Shown: positions 1 through 12,636, counted from the first letter of the stretch. The stretch: 64,000 nt of DNA from Octopus vulgaris (GCA_951406725.2 OX597829.1:27652001-27716000); one strand, 5' to 3'. Program-made: numbers and translations. Notes: generated by a model from the letters alone, not told the origin.

Positions 1-134
1 TCATCTAGTACAAAATATCACTGTCTCATAGCGCTCTGCGGTATTTAACTACTGAGATGCCACAATCATGCTTTTTATGATGTTGCTTGAGATAGACAAA
101 CGCATGTTATATATGAAAACACGCGCACATACAA

Positions 135-284
135 GGCACAGCTGTCGTTATGTGATAAGAAGTTTGCTTCCTAACCAATGGCTCCGGCTTCAGTCCCACT
201 GCGTGTCACCTTGGGGAAAGTACCTTCTACTAAAGCCCCATGTTGACCAAAGTTTTGTGGTTGGATTTGGTAAGAAACCTTCCG

Positions 285-290
<6 letters not shown>
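135..290 (+). mobile_element. SINE family A, 5' half (diverged); its 3' half resumes at about 1724
   Basis: Matches head of the 19192 copy (ttcagtcccactgcgtg..caccttggg..gaccaaag..ggatttggta) and runs into (CA)n. Confidence 0.75.
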
Positions 291-334
<44 letters not shown>

Positions 335-342
<8 letters not shown>

Positions 343-555
343 TGCTGAAAAGTTCCTGGCTTTAAAAGTTCCGTGAAGGGCCTGGTTGGAAGCCCAACCT
401 TCCGAGTTCTTTTACAGGTCTTAGAAAAGACTGAAGGATCACTGCAATAAGTGTGTGAATCTGAGAGGGGAATATGTTCGATAAAATCATAATTATCTGA
501 TCCTCTTGTATTTTCTTTTACCCACCAAAACCAGGAACTTTTCAACACCCTATCG
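335..555 (+). mobile_element. mariner-derived MITE
   Basis: TIRs cgagggggtgctgaaaagttcctgg / ccaggaacttttcaacaccctatcg, TA on the right; interior encodes a mariner transposase C-terminal remnant (CNKCVNLRGEYV). Confidence 0.8.
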
Positions 556-576
556 TATATATCTCTATATAATATA

Positions 577-623
<47 letters not shown>

Positions 624-625
<2 letters not shown>

Positions 626-810
626 CTCCGTCTTCCCTTCCTTGGATCTTTCCTTTTTCTATATTTCTGACGAAGAGCTTCGCTCGAAACGTTTAACCCT
701 CCTCTTTCTTTCCTTTCCTGTGCGTCCAAAACACTATACTTGTTCCACGTCCTCGCGTTGTTGTGTTTTCTCTTTGTGTTTTCATGTTTGGATTGACTTT
801 AACTATATAT
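624..810 (+). mobile_element. Penelope-like terminal-repeat remnant between (TA)n tracts, with hammerhead-like core at 667-692
   Basis: Homologous to the reverse complement of 51900-52065; contains CTGACGAA-GAGC-ttc-GCTC-GAAACGT. Confidence 0.55.
667..692 (+). ncRNA. putative minimal hammerhead ribozyme core
   Basis: CUGANGA(A), 4-bp stem II (GAGC/GCTC), GAAAC; activity untested. Confidence 0.45.
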
Positions 811-815
811 ATATA

Positions 816-1207
816 CTAGCAGTATCGCCCGGCGTTGCTCGGGTTTGTAAGGGAAATAACTATAAAGCATTTTTAGAGAGTTATAGCCAAAAAATAGCAA
901 AAAAAATGCATTAAAAATGGAAAAAATATGATGGTAAATTATTTTAAAATCGCTGACTCATCGTAGACATTTTTAGAGAGTTACTTCCCTTATATTTAAA
1001 AAATATCCATTAAAATGGAAAATAATAATGGTAAATTATTTTTAAAATCGTAGACTATTTTTAAAATCGCTAATACCCAGAAGGGCTCGATATGAATCAC
1101 GACTATAAGATACCCGGTTTTGGTTAAACTACACCGCAAAATGTGGGAGTAGTTAGGAATCTAAATCGGAGTAGACAGACACACAACCTTACTTTTATAT
1201 ATAAAGA
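816..1207 (-). mobile_element. non-autonomous Helitron
   Basis: Minus strand: 5' TC, 3' GC-rich hairpin (cccgagcaacgccggg) then CTAG, inserted between A and T with no TSD; 3' ~70-100 bp shared with 42825-43202. Confidence 0.8.
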
Positions 1208-1349
1208 TATAGTGTTTAAAACAGTTTGATTCGGTTCCAGAAGCCTTTTAAGTAATACATATAATTCCTACTAAACGTGTTGATTGACCTTTTCTTCCGT
1301 TTGTCCACTCTCTCGTGAATGTATGTATAAATATAATATATCTTATAAG

Positions 1350-1662
1350 ACTCCGCCGGTTACGACGACGAGGGTCCCAGCTGATACGATCAACGGAACA
1401 GCTTGCTCGTGAAATTAACGTGCAAATGGCTGAGCATTCCACAGACACGTGTACCCTTAACGTGGTTCTCGGGGATAATCAGCGTGACACAGAGAGTGAC
1501 AAGGCTGACCCTTTGAAATACAAGTACAACTCATTTTTGCCAGCTGAGTGGACTGGAGCAACGTGAAATAAAGTGTCTTGCTCAAGGACACAACGCGTCG
1601 CCGGGAATCGAACTCACAACCTTACGATCATGAGCCGAATGTCCTAAGCCACGCGCCCTCAC
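1350..1662 (-). mobile_element. tRNA-headed SINE family B (head B + tail X)
   Basis: Box-B-like gagttcgattccc, conserved tgtccttgagcaagacactt segment; 3' ~180 bp closely matches 17411-17592. Confidence 0.8.
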
Positions 1663-1718
<56 letters not shown>

Positions 1719-1723
1719 TATGG

Positions 1724-1932
1724 GTGTGTGTATTTATGTTTGTCCCCTTCGACCTCTTCACAATCAGTGTGATTTCTTCACGTTCCTGTTACTTAGTGGT
1801 CCCCGCAAAAGAGAGTGATATATTAGCTGGCAGGTTTTTTTTAAAAATAGATACACAACACAGATCGATTCGTTCGACTGAAAAGTGCTCCAAGCATGGT
1901 CTCAATCGAAAGACTGAAACAAGTAAAAGATA
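1724..1932 (+). mobile_element. SINE family A, 3' half (diverged)
   Basis: tttgtcccc...acttag...gcaaaagagag...gactgaaacaagtaaaagat terminus. Confidence 0.65.
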
Positions 1933-2149
1933 ATATGTCATTGCATAAACAGCTACCGATTGACACTATATGAGAAATTATTTCTCATCTTTCTTATTAT
2001 GTATACCGTAGCAGTAGCAGCAGCAGCAGCAGCAATTAAGGCTGCTAAAACAGCTATCATAACAAAGTTGGTATTTGCTTTTTAGGTCAGTTTATTAGAA
2101 CTGGGCAAGTGTAGCTTGCACCAAAATTCTATGTGCACTTTAAACTTAA

Positions 2150-2329
2150 GTGTATATATATTTATATATATATAAGGAGAGAGAGAGAGATAATGTGTCT
2201 ATATATCTATTTTTGTGTATATGCATATATAAGTACGTATATATATTTATATATATATATATATATACATACATACATATATATATATACATTATATATA
2301 TATATACATACACACATGTATATATATAC

Positions 2330-2362
<33 letters not shown>

Positions 2363-2440
2363 TATATATATATATATACATACATACATATATATATATA
2401 TAGTACATATATATCTTTATATATAGTACATATATATCTT

Positions 2441-2533
<93 letters not shown>

Positions 2534-2544
2534 TTATATATATA
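2150..2544. repeat. compound (TA)n/(TACA)n microsatellite
   Basis: Directly visible. Confidence 0.95.
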
Positions 2545-2910
2545 CTAGCAGTATCGCCCGGCGTTGCTCGCGTTTGTTTCGACCCTTTAGAATTGGAATT
2601 TTTGAAAAGTAAAAATTTTGCATTATGTAGCTTCTTATTCTCTTTAAGTGAACCGAAAAATGGCGACACAGCAGTCAAAAAATCGTAAAAAATAGGGATT
2701 TTCATAGAAAAAAAAGCACCTTTTTGATGTAAATAATTTTCAGTGTTAACATGGTCCGATTTGAAGTTTTTCTTCTTCGGAAGGAAGAGCAAGCCTTCTA
2801 TCATACTCTCAATTTTGGTCAACTTGCGCCGCAGGGCTCGAAGGAGATAGTGTTAGTTGAAGGCTACCAAACCTGCCATACACAGACAACTTCAGCTTAT
2901 ATATATATAT
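2545..2910 (-). mobile_element. non-autonomous Helitron (different interior)
   Basis: Same 3' end ctagcagtatcgcccggcgttgctcg as 816; the 5' end merges into (TA)n. Confidence 0.7.
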
Positions 2911-3386
2911 ATATCATGTGGCCCCGTTAATTTAGGTACCTTTTTTCTCTCTCCATGTTTTTCTCTCTTTCCATCTATTTCCTCTCCTCGTTCCTTTCTA
3001 AAGAAGACTGTAGGCTTGGAACGTCAAAGATTTCTTCCAATTTTCTTTCTTGTCAAACTTAATACACCTTGTCTTTTGTTCCTTCACCTGTCCCTGTGTT
3101 TTGCATATCTTTGAACTATGCGCGTGCGCACGCATGTCTATATATGTAGCTATATGTGCGTATTTTTATCTACGTGTGTCTATGTGTGTACACACGCAGA
3201 TACAGCCGTGCTTTTTATGGAACTAAGTATTTGGCGGTTTTGGTCCCACCGTGTGGATGCTTGTCAACCAACCAGGGTCTTGTACAATTGCCAAGGGTCG
3301 ACCATTGCCTTCTCATTGCAATTGGCGAACAGAAACTGAGGTCTGTCATACACACATACACGCATCGACATGCGCGCACAACCTTA

Positions 3387-3420
<34 letters not shown>

Positions 3421-3600
3421 ATACACACATACGGGGAACAGTTGTTCTTTTTAAGTTCAATTTTTTTTTTTTTTTCATTTATTAAAGTTTTCTCTTGGCA
3501 GCTGCATATATTTTATCGATACTTCAAGCTCATTTCTACCTCATCTACAGGTTGTGTGCTAGTGTTTTGCCTCCGTGTAGCTCTTTTTACTGTGGGTTAC

Positions 3601-3803
3601 TCTTTTACTCTCTTTTACTTGTTTCAGTCATTTGACTGCGGCCATGCTGGAGCACCGCCTTTAGTCGAGCAAATCGACCCCGGGACTTATTCTTTGTAAG
3701 GCCAGTACTTATTCTATCGGTCTCTTTTGCCGAACCGCTAAGTGACGGGGACGTAAACACACCAGCATCGGTTGTCAAGCAATGCTAGGGGGACAAACAC
3801 ACG

Positions 3804-3843
<40 letters not shown>

Positions 3844-4003
3844 CGACAGGCTTCTTTCAGTTTCCGTCTACCAAATCCACTCACAAGGCTTTGGTCGGCC
3901 CGAGGCTATAGCAGAAGACACTTGCCCAAGGTGCCACGCAGTGGGACTGAATCCGGAACCATGTGGTTGGTAAACAAGCTACTTACCACACACCCACTTT
4001 TGC
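3601..4003 (-). mobile_element. SINE family A, full length
   Basis: Reverse complement of 19192-19570 with internal (CA)n and a repeated tcttttac tail. Confidence 0.9.
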
Positions 4004-4533
4004 TCATATTTGTGCACACTTCCTTCCACAATTTGACTGTCAGATCATGGGATTTGTTTCGTCGCATGTTAATTGTAGTCATCGGTTGCAATATTGATGT
4101 ATGTGTGTGCATTATAAATCGTTTTCATTTCATGTCCATTTTCCATGGTAGCATGGCTGGGATGATTCTGCAGGATCTAATGAGTGAATGATTACATCAT
4201 GGTGCACTGTCTGCTTTGATATGCTTTCAACTGCTGGCTGCCTTTCCTGTGCCAACCGTTTTACAAAGTATATTTGGTGCTTTCTTTCTTTTTTTTTTCC
4301 ATTGCAGCCTTAGTTGTGAAAGATCGCCTTGTTAAATTCAAGGCTATTGACTCTAAAGTAGCTTTCCAACTGATGTTGAAACTAAAGAGAATGTGTGAGA
4401 TGATATTAGGTAGGGTTAGACTGGCTGATAAGCGAGGATATATCCTTTAGATATGTGTGTGTGTGTGTAACTATATGTATGTAGTCGTATATATTGTGTT
4501 TAATATTGTTTGATATATGCTGCGTATTTATGA

Positions 4534-4735
4534 CGGCGAGCTAATGGAGTTGTTAACACGCCACACGAAATGCTTTGCGCCATCATTGCTGGCTCTACGT
4601 TCTGAGTTCAAATTTCGCCGTTATATTCTTTGATTTATAAAATAAGTATCAGTTACGCACCGGTGTTGATGTGATCGACTTGCCTCTTTCCACCACCACG
4701 CCTTCAAAAAAAATGTTCAAGCTTTGTGCCTTTTG
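4534..4735 (+). mobile_element. SINE family C (diverged)
   Basis: ggcgagct...acgttctgagttcaaat...aataagta.cagtt..gcac.gg..gatgt.atcgactt. Confidence 0.65.
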
Positions 4736-5254
4736 TAAAAAGTATATTTAATACATATATGAGACATATTAAGTTATGAATTAAAAACTTTGTATGTTGG
4801 TTGTGTGTAATCGAAGAGATGTGATGAATAGATATAGGATTAATTCCAAGAAATATTTTGTTTTTCGCCATCCTTAAGAAGTTTACTAACTGTATTTTAC
4901 CTACATACACTTGTAATAGATTGTCCTTGATTTAGGAGTATGTTTATCCGTTCTTGTTCTTTGTCGCAACTTACATTTCAGTTACAGCTATGCTAGGGCT
5001 TTTTTTTTTTTTTTTTTTAATCTTAGCTTTGTAGAATAGCCAATTATTGTGCTAGTTTTGACTAGTACAAGTAACGTAATATTTCGTGAATTTTTCTCTA
5101 TTTTGTTTATAATTTTACTTGATATATTTTCGAATTAATACCAGTATAATGTCCTTTTTATCTTTAATTTCGTATTCATTGCCATTACTGCAGAGGCTTA
5201 ATAAGCATTAGTTAGCGTCTATTTATTAATTTTTATTTTTATTTCTTTTTTTTT

Positions 5255-5590
5255 TTTTGTAACCGTGTGGGTTTTTGGGTTTAGTTCTACTGCGCGGCAA
5301 TTTGGCCGACGAAAACCTTGTGAATGAACTTAATAAACAGAAATTGAAAAGAAGAAGCTCGTCGTATGTGTGTACATATATATATCTGTGTGTGTGTGTG
5401 TGTGTGTGTGTCTTTTGTGTTTATGTTATGTTTGTCACCCACTACCGCTGGCCAACCGGTGTTGGTTAGTTTCTGCCCGTATACTTAGCGGTTCGACTGA
5501 GAGCCTGATGGAATGAGTACTGTTCGACTAAACCCTCCAATGTTGTACTTCGGTATGGCTGCTATACAATGACTGAAAACGATAAAAGAT
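5255..5590 (+). mobile_element. SINE family A (old, diverged)
   Basis: ggccgac.aaaaccttgtga..., (TG)n, acttagcggttcg, aatgactgaaaac. Confidence 0.6.
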
Positions 5591-6920
5591 AGTGAGTTTT
5601 AGGTATAAGTCATTTTTGGGCTTCATATAGATCATATTCACTTTTTTTATTTTATGTTGCTTTTGGTTTTGGAATAGTACATGCCTTGAGTTTTGTAGGG
5701 ACCCTCTTCTTTCACAAGTACATTAATTTTTCTGTGTTTTCTCTGTTATTTTTTTTTATGTCCTATAATTCCCAGACAGCATTTTATTTATTCATTTATT
5801 TATTGACACTTTGGACACAGGTTTGTACGGAAACTGTAATGGTTTCCAATGCAGCCACTAATGACGAGATATCTGCGTCTATTTAGACGGGTTAATACTC
5901 ACCCATTTTTTGCTTATGAACCCCACTCCCACCCTTTGATTCCTATTTTGCTTTACTGGATCGCCATAGCCATACAACGTATCTAAAAAATTCAAATATT
6001 ATTAGGAATTGTATTTGAACAACGTTCGAACATTTTGCGTACTGTAGAAGTATAAACGATTTATTGCAGATAAATTTTAACAACAAAATCTTGTATGGAC
6101 CCCGGTAGAGAGCCACGAACAGTTATCTTGACGCTTATCAAACCGTTTGTAGTGTTCCCCCGTTCTGGTTCGTTCATTTTGGTCTTTATTGTAGTTTTGT
6201 ATCCAGCATATGAGTATTATCTCCATTTGTAGCTCTTATTATTTATGGTTTTCCCTCATTATCTCTGACATGGGATTAGGTCTCGTTTAATTTCTTCTCT
6301 TGTCTCTTATTTTTCGTTCTACGGTTTATCAATGTCTTATAGGTAACTACACCTGGATTAATGTTTTGGTTTCCTATTTATGCTGGTTGGCCAAATTCAG
6401 TAGTTTTCAGGATTTGTTACGTTAGGCATTCAACTAAGCCATGTTAGATTTGTAATGTGTATGTGTGTGCGTGTGTGTGTTATATTTATATATATGTATA
6501 TACTGTTATATAACTATCCGTTAACATCGCAACTATTATGAACTTCCCATATTCGAGACAATTCCTGACTTCCTACAATCCACTCTTATTCACATATATA
6601 TATTATATATATATTTGCAATTTGCATTTTTTGTCAATATGCTATATAAGTAAAGATATGTTATGAACTGATTTCATACCTGTTGACTTACTGTCCATAT
6701 AATTTTGTTCTGTTATGCACATACCAGCTCGATCATTATGTTACCTATAGTCAATCCTCATTTAACCTGCTATCACATCCCTGCAGAAGCTGAAGTTTGG
6801 GTACAAATTCAAACTGAACACGAATTATCTAATATCGAACTGATATTATCAAATTCGAACTGAGCACTGATTATCTAATACCATTGACATCTTATTACGA
6901 ACAGTATATGTGTGCGTATG

Positions 6921-6962
<42 letters not shown>

Positions 6963-6996
6963 ATGTGTGTGTGTATTATATGCATGTACATACATG

Positions 6997-7040
<44 letters not shown>

Positions 7041-7356
7041 AATCCATGTATATGTATACATATAGAGCAGACAGACATGTATGTATGCATGAGGTATGTA
7101 TGAAATATGTTGGTGTGTGCGTGAAAAACTGAAAGCATTTCTTCGGTTTACACTGTAGATTGTTTTCAAGTATCGATTGAAAAAGAACAAACAAAATTTG
7201 AACAATTATCTATTGACATGGGAATAAATACTATTATCGTATATATATATATATATATAACGTATGTGTATGAACAAACATATTTACGTTATACACATAA
7301 TAGCACATTGATGCCTGTCCTAACAATGGTTTTTATTTTGTATCCAAGATAGGAGG

Positions 7357-7617
7357 TTATCTTGTTTCTATAATGTGACTATTTATGGATGATGTTTGTT
7401 TTGAAGGTTCAGGGCCTTTATTAGATCGGCTCTGATATTTTCCTATTTCTTTTTTGAATATTCTAACAGTTGCTTCGCTACGTTTATTTAGAATGAAGTG
7501 TTTCTTCTCAGTTTCTCTTTTGGACACATTGCGTTTTGAGGTTGATTTTGATTGAGATAATCTAAATTTCATTTTCCAGAGAAATGGACTTTCCAGACAT
7601 TTGACACTACTATTCAA
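7357..7617 (-). pseudogene. possible decayed retroelement (Penelope-like) coding fragment
   Basis: Non-microsatellite basic ORF (VSKRETEKKH...) loosely reminiscent of the PLE region after the RT; no diagnostic motif seen. Confidence 0.2.
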
Positions 7618-7644
7618 TCTTGAAAATATTTATCAAAAATGTAT

Positions 7645-7839
7645 CTTTTATCTTTTACTTGTTTCATTCATTTGACTGTGGCCATGCTGGAGCACCGCCT
7701 TTAGCATATTGACCCCCCCCCCCCAGGACTTATTCCTTGTAAGCCTAGTACTTATTATATCGGTCTCTTTTGATTAACCGCTAAGTTACGGGGACGTAAA
7801 CACATCAGCATCGGTTGTCAAGAGGTATTGGGGGGACAG

Positions 7840-7872
<33 letters not shown>

Positions 7873-7946
7873 CGATGGGCTTCTTTCAGTTTCCATCTAC
7901 TAAATCTACTCACAAGGTCGACCCGGGGCTATAGTAGAAGACACTT
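7645..7946 (-). mobile_element. SINE family A, 5'-truncated
   Basis: Matches 3601-3925. Confidence 0.85.
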
Positions 7947-8169
7947 TCACTATCGAAGAAGTGATACAGTAGTGAAAATGAAAATCTAAAGCAGAAATGA
8001 TGAACTGGTATTTTCGAGTCCTCATCATAATCCTTGTTTGCTTGACCAGACAGATTTTCTGTGGCAAGGTGCACTTCCCGTAATATGTATCCACGGCAAT
8101 ATTTTCCATAGCCGAACATGTTTCCCCTCACGGAAGATGGAAAACGAAGGACACCGCAATCGCGCACGC

Positions 8170-8205
<36 letters not shown>

Positions 8206-8386
8206 GATGCTGGAAATCAAATTCTCGATGTTGCTTGTTACAGCTGAAGCTACATTTCAGTGTTATTTTTAAAAAGTTTGTGTTAGTTTTGGCGGAAAGT
8301 CATCGTGTGTATACGTGTGTGTGTGTACACACACATATAGGTATTATGGTGATGCAATGCAAACAGGAAAAATACAACTCAAAAAA

Positions 8387-8793
8387 CTCTTTTACTTGTT
8401 TCAGTCATTTGACTGTGGCCATGCTGGAGCACCGCCTTTAGTCAAGCAAATCGATTTATTCTTTGTAAGCCTAGTACTTATTCTATTGGTCTCTTATTGC
8501 CGCCGAACCGCTAAGTTACGGGAACGTAAACACACCAGCATCGGTTGTCAAGCGATGTTGGGGGACAAACACAGACAAACAAATATATACACACACGTAC
8601 ATATATGTATGTATGTATATATATATATATATATACGATGAGCTTCTTTCAGTTTCTGTCTACCAAATCTCACAAAAGCTTTGGTCGGCCTGAGGCTATA
8701 GTAGAAGACACTTGCCCAAAGTGCCACGTAGTGGGACTGAACCCGGAACCAAGTGGTTGGTAAGCAAGCTACTTACCACACAGCCACTCCTAC
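8387..8793 (-). mobile_element. SINE family A, full length
   Basis: Matches 3601-4003 and the reverse complement of 19192-19570. Confidence 0.9.
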
Positions 8794-8815
8794 GTGTATG
8801 TATATTTTTTTATTA

Positions 8816-8939
8816 ATATTTAACAGAAGCAACAGAGTTACTCAAACGGCCAAGAGTTTCAGGTGTTGGCACTTGTCAAGTTGTGACAACGCGCGGAACT
8901 CTCGGCCCTTTGAGTAACTCTGTTGCTTCTGTTAAATAT
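8816..8939. repeat. 124-bp fold-back (long hairpin)
   Basis: 31-bp perfect outer inverted repeat (8816-8846 / 8909-8939) extending imperfectly to a ~10-nt loop. Confidence 0.9.
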
Positions 8940-9187
8940 ATACATAGATATGTAGCTTCTCCAGTCGTTGACGAATCTCTCGAGCGAAACAAAATGTTCT
9001 TCAGATTCACGTGTACTGATAAGAATCTTCATTCTTGGCCTCGCTGCCGTGAATTTTATTCTAGAGGTCCTGACATTGGGCCCTTGAAACTGTCAGCACA
9101 CACACACACACACACACAACGTGTATGTGTTTTTGTGTGTATATGTATATATGTGTATCTATGTGTAAGTATGTGTATGTATATATG

Positions 9188-9238
<51 letters not shown>

Positions 9239-9760
9239 TCTTAACATGTTCTTATATTATTATCTATGTATATATGTATGTATATGCGTGCGTATTTGTA
9301 ATTGCAAGCGTAATTCTATTTTGACTCTTCTTTTTTACATGCTTACTAATTTGTCATGTTTATGATTGCATAAAATAATCGTAATGGTATTTTGATTAAT
9401 AATAATAATAATATTTTAATAACTTTAGGCTTGTTTTAATTTATAGTTTTTTTTTAAAATTCATTATTCATGTTACTAAAGAGTCATATTACTATATGAC
9501 CTGTACAAAGAGTTAAGCCTGAATAAAACGTGAGATTCATATGAAAACTGCAATATTTGTGTTGTGATGAAACAATTGATCTATACTAACTAAAAGGAAG
9601 GGATAGAATCGCATATCTAAAAATTGGTCTTATATAATCTAGAAATGTTGATTACGATGAATTTGGGAAATTTTTTTGTTCCGAAGGCATTATAAGGTTC
9701 TGATACACAGGCATAAAAGTGTTAAAACTAAGAAGATTAGAACACATATATATACACATA

Positions 9761-9919
9761 CACGACAGGCTTCTTTTAGTTTCCGTCTACCAAATCCACT
9801 CACAAGGCATTGGTCGGCCCGGGGCTATAGCTGAAGACACTTGCCCAAGATGCCACGCAGTGGGGACTGAACCCGGAACCATGTGGTTGGTAAGCAAGCT
9901 ACTTACCACACAGCCACTC
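9761..9919 (-). mobile_element. SINE family A, 5' half
   Basis: Matches 3843-3998. Confidence 0.85.
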
Positions 9920-10518
9920 GAGAAGAAAGCACGAAAACTTGCGAGATCGGCAGCAGACGAGAAGACTTTGAAATATAGGAAGGGATAGAAGGAAGTGTAA
10001 GAGTGGACAAGATAGGACAAATGGATAGGATGAGAAAGAGTACTACAAAAGTGATGGAGAATTAGAGTAGCAACATGATTGAATAACGAAGGTTGAGTAT
10101 GAAAGAAAAAAAGAAATTAGTTTGTATGTGATAAGATGTGTTGGGAAATGAGAAGGGTATGGATGCAGATTTTGATCGAGAAGCTACTAAAATGTATAGA
10201 TAGAAAAGAAATTGGCAAATAAAAAAAAAAGTATGCGAGAATAAGGAATAAAGAAGGAAAGTGAAACTAGAAGTCGAGTTAAAGAATAGAAAGTCAGAGA
10301 ACTGCAGGACGTAGTTTGGAGTTGTGAAACGTACGAGTAATTGCAAATTACATGCATTTTTTGTTGTTATGAATATCTGCAGTAAAACAAGTAGTCATAC
10401 AGCCTAAGCAGGAGTGGTGTTAAAGTTTTTAGATCGTAGCTTTAGATGTTCATTGTATTGACTTTCTTCTCGATATAATTTCTGTATTACATTCTCGCCT
10501 TTCAGCTCTGTGCGTGCA

Positions 10519-10563
<45 letters not shown>

Positions 10564-10604
10564 CGGGAGTAGGGTGGTAAAATTAGTGATAGTCATGTTT
10601 ATTG

Positions 10605-10741
10605 ATTTACTTGTATCAATCTCATTGGCTTACGGCCATGTTGGGGTTTATTCGATCAAAGGGGTTTACTCGATCAAATCGACACCAGTGCTTATCATTT
10701 TTTCGTTTCTTCTTTCATTCTTCATCTTCTTCTTCTTCTTC

Positions 10742-10787
<46 letters not shown>

Positions 10788-10898
10788 CATTATTATTATT
10801 AATCTGGTACTTATTCTATCATCGTAAGCAAACTAACACCAGTTATCAAATGGTGGCGCGGACAAAAACATACGCGCGCGCACACAAACACACATACA

Positions 10899-10957
<59 letters not shown>

Positions 10958-11110
10958 CAGACTTCTTTTAGTTATTATCTACCTAACTCATTCGCAAGGC
11001 ATTAAGTGTCAGCCCTGGGCTAAAGTAGAAGCCACTAGCCCAAGATACCGTACAGTAGTCAAGTGGATGCGAAGCGAAATTCTTGAGTCACACAGCCATG
11101 CATGCGCCTG
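10605..11110 (-). mobile_element. SINE family A (diverged) with expanded (TTC)/(TTA)n and (CA)n tracts
   Basis: Family A blocks interrupted by microsatellites. Confidence 0.6.
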
Positions 11111-11439
11111 TTGGGTTGATTAATCAATTACATGCCTCATTTCAGGCTTTGCTCCCAATACACCATGATTAACGTATTAAGTAGGGCATTTGAAAGAATT
11201 ATATACCCTCACACAGTTGTATGAGTGAGTAATGGATATTGTCCGCCAATGAGCGGGGGAAGAATATGGATATTCGGTAAATAAATGGATAAGGTTTTGA
11301 AAAATTGCAGTGAATTATTCCTTAGCATTTTACAAATTTTATCATCTCCCAGTAACACTTGATATCACCATAGTTTCAAATTCTAGTTGAAATCACGACG
11401 TTATACACACTTCGTGTACACATACTTATATTTTCATAC

Positions 11440-11502
11440 ACATACACACGTTTATATACGTATATGTATTTGTGTGTGTGTGTGTATACATGCACGTACA
11501 CA

Positions 11503-11545
<43 letters not shown>

Positions 11546-11590
11546 ATGTATGTATATATATATATGTATGTATATATATATGTATGTATG

Positions 11591-11639
<49 letters not shown>

Positions 11640-11746
11640 ATATATGTATGTATGTATGTATGTATATATATATATGTATGTATGTATGTATATGTATGTA
11701 TGTATGTATATATATGTATGTATGTATGTATATATATATATATGTA

Positions 11747-11785
<39 letters not shown>
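11440..11785. repeat. compound (TA)n/(TATG)n microsatellite
   Basis: Directly visible. Confidence 0.95.
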
Positions 11786-11786
<1 letters not shown>

Positions 11787-12206
11787 ATATCGTGTGTCTG
11801 TCACTTCTCTAAGCCTTTGATTCCGAAATATCACATTTTCATTTTGAAAGGTCATATTCACAAAAATTTCGGAATATCAAAGATGTTGTAAATTATCGCT
11901 GGAATTAATTGCTTGCGAAAAACTATTTGGTTTGGTTGTTTGAAAGCTTGATAGTGGGCGTAAAGAATTTATTAGAAGTATTGTGACTAAAGAAGAGGAA
12001 ACCTTGAAAAATACGATTTTTAATTTTTAATTTTTTTTATTTTAGACAACTGAATTTGAGAAAACTCCTAAAGATGCCCTCTTTTTTTTTATCTTTTTTT
12101 CTTTAATAAATTCCAAATGCACTGAAAATTGTGGTTGTAAACATCGCGTACCTCTTGAATTTTCTAATTCTCCAATAGTTTTACGGCAACAGGCATTTCA
12201 TCGAAT

Positions 12207-12636
12207 GGCATTCCAAAGATGGTTAGTGCCTCCCCACTACCGATTTTGTTTCCTCATATCAACCAGAAAAATGATATTTTTTCAGTGAAATTTTCCGCAA
12301 ATATCTTTCAAATGGTGTAGATTCCATTTATATGGGAATTTGTTGTATTAGAAAAACAAAACTTAGTGGGCATTCATAGATACATACTGACACACATTAC
12401 ATATTTATCTACCAAATGAAACTTCAAATTTTGAAACAATTTACGTGGCGTGTGTCACTATGTATGGGTGCTTGACCGCCATCCCCCTCGTCCCCCTCAC
12501 ATTAAATTCCGATATAATCATAATCTTACACCACCTGAAAGGTATTTGTAGAAATTTTCATTAAAATATATCCATTTTTCTGAAAGTTATGAGGAGACAA
12601 AGTCGGGGTGGGTGGGCACACTTGTGTAGGTATGCC
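12207..12636. mobile_element. old fold-back MITE with ~120-bp diverged inverted arms
   Basis: ccgattttgtttcctcata..cagaaaaatg..aaattttccgcaaatatctttcaaatggtgtaga is mirrored at 12520-12636. Confidence 0.6.

Noticed and set aside
3772-4191. Recurrent peptides (YQIHSQG..GRPEAI.EDTCP, LFQSFDCGHAGAPPLV) in many ORFs, resembling a gene family
   Set aside because: They are translations of SINE family A copies
6804-6881. Short direct duplication caaattc.aactga.cac..attatctaata
   Set aside because: Two diverged ~31-bp copies; ordinary local slippage duplication
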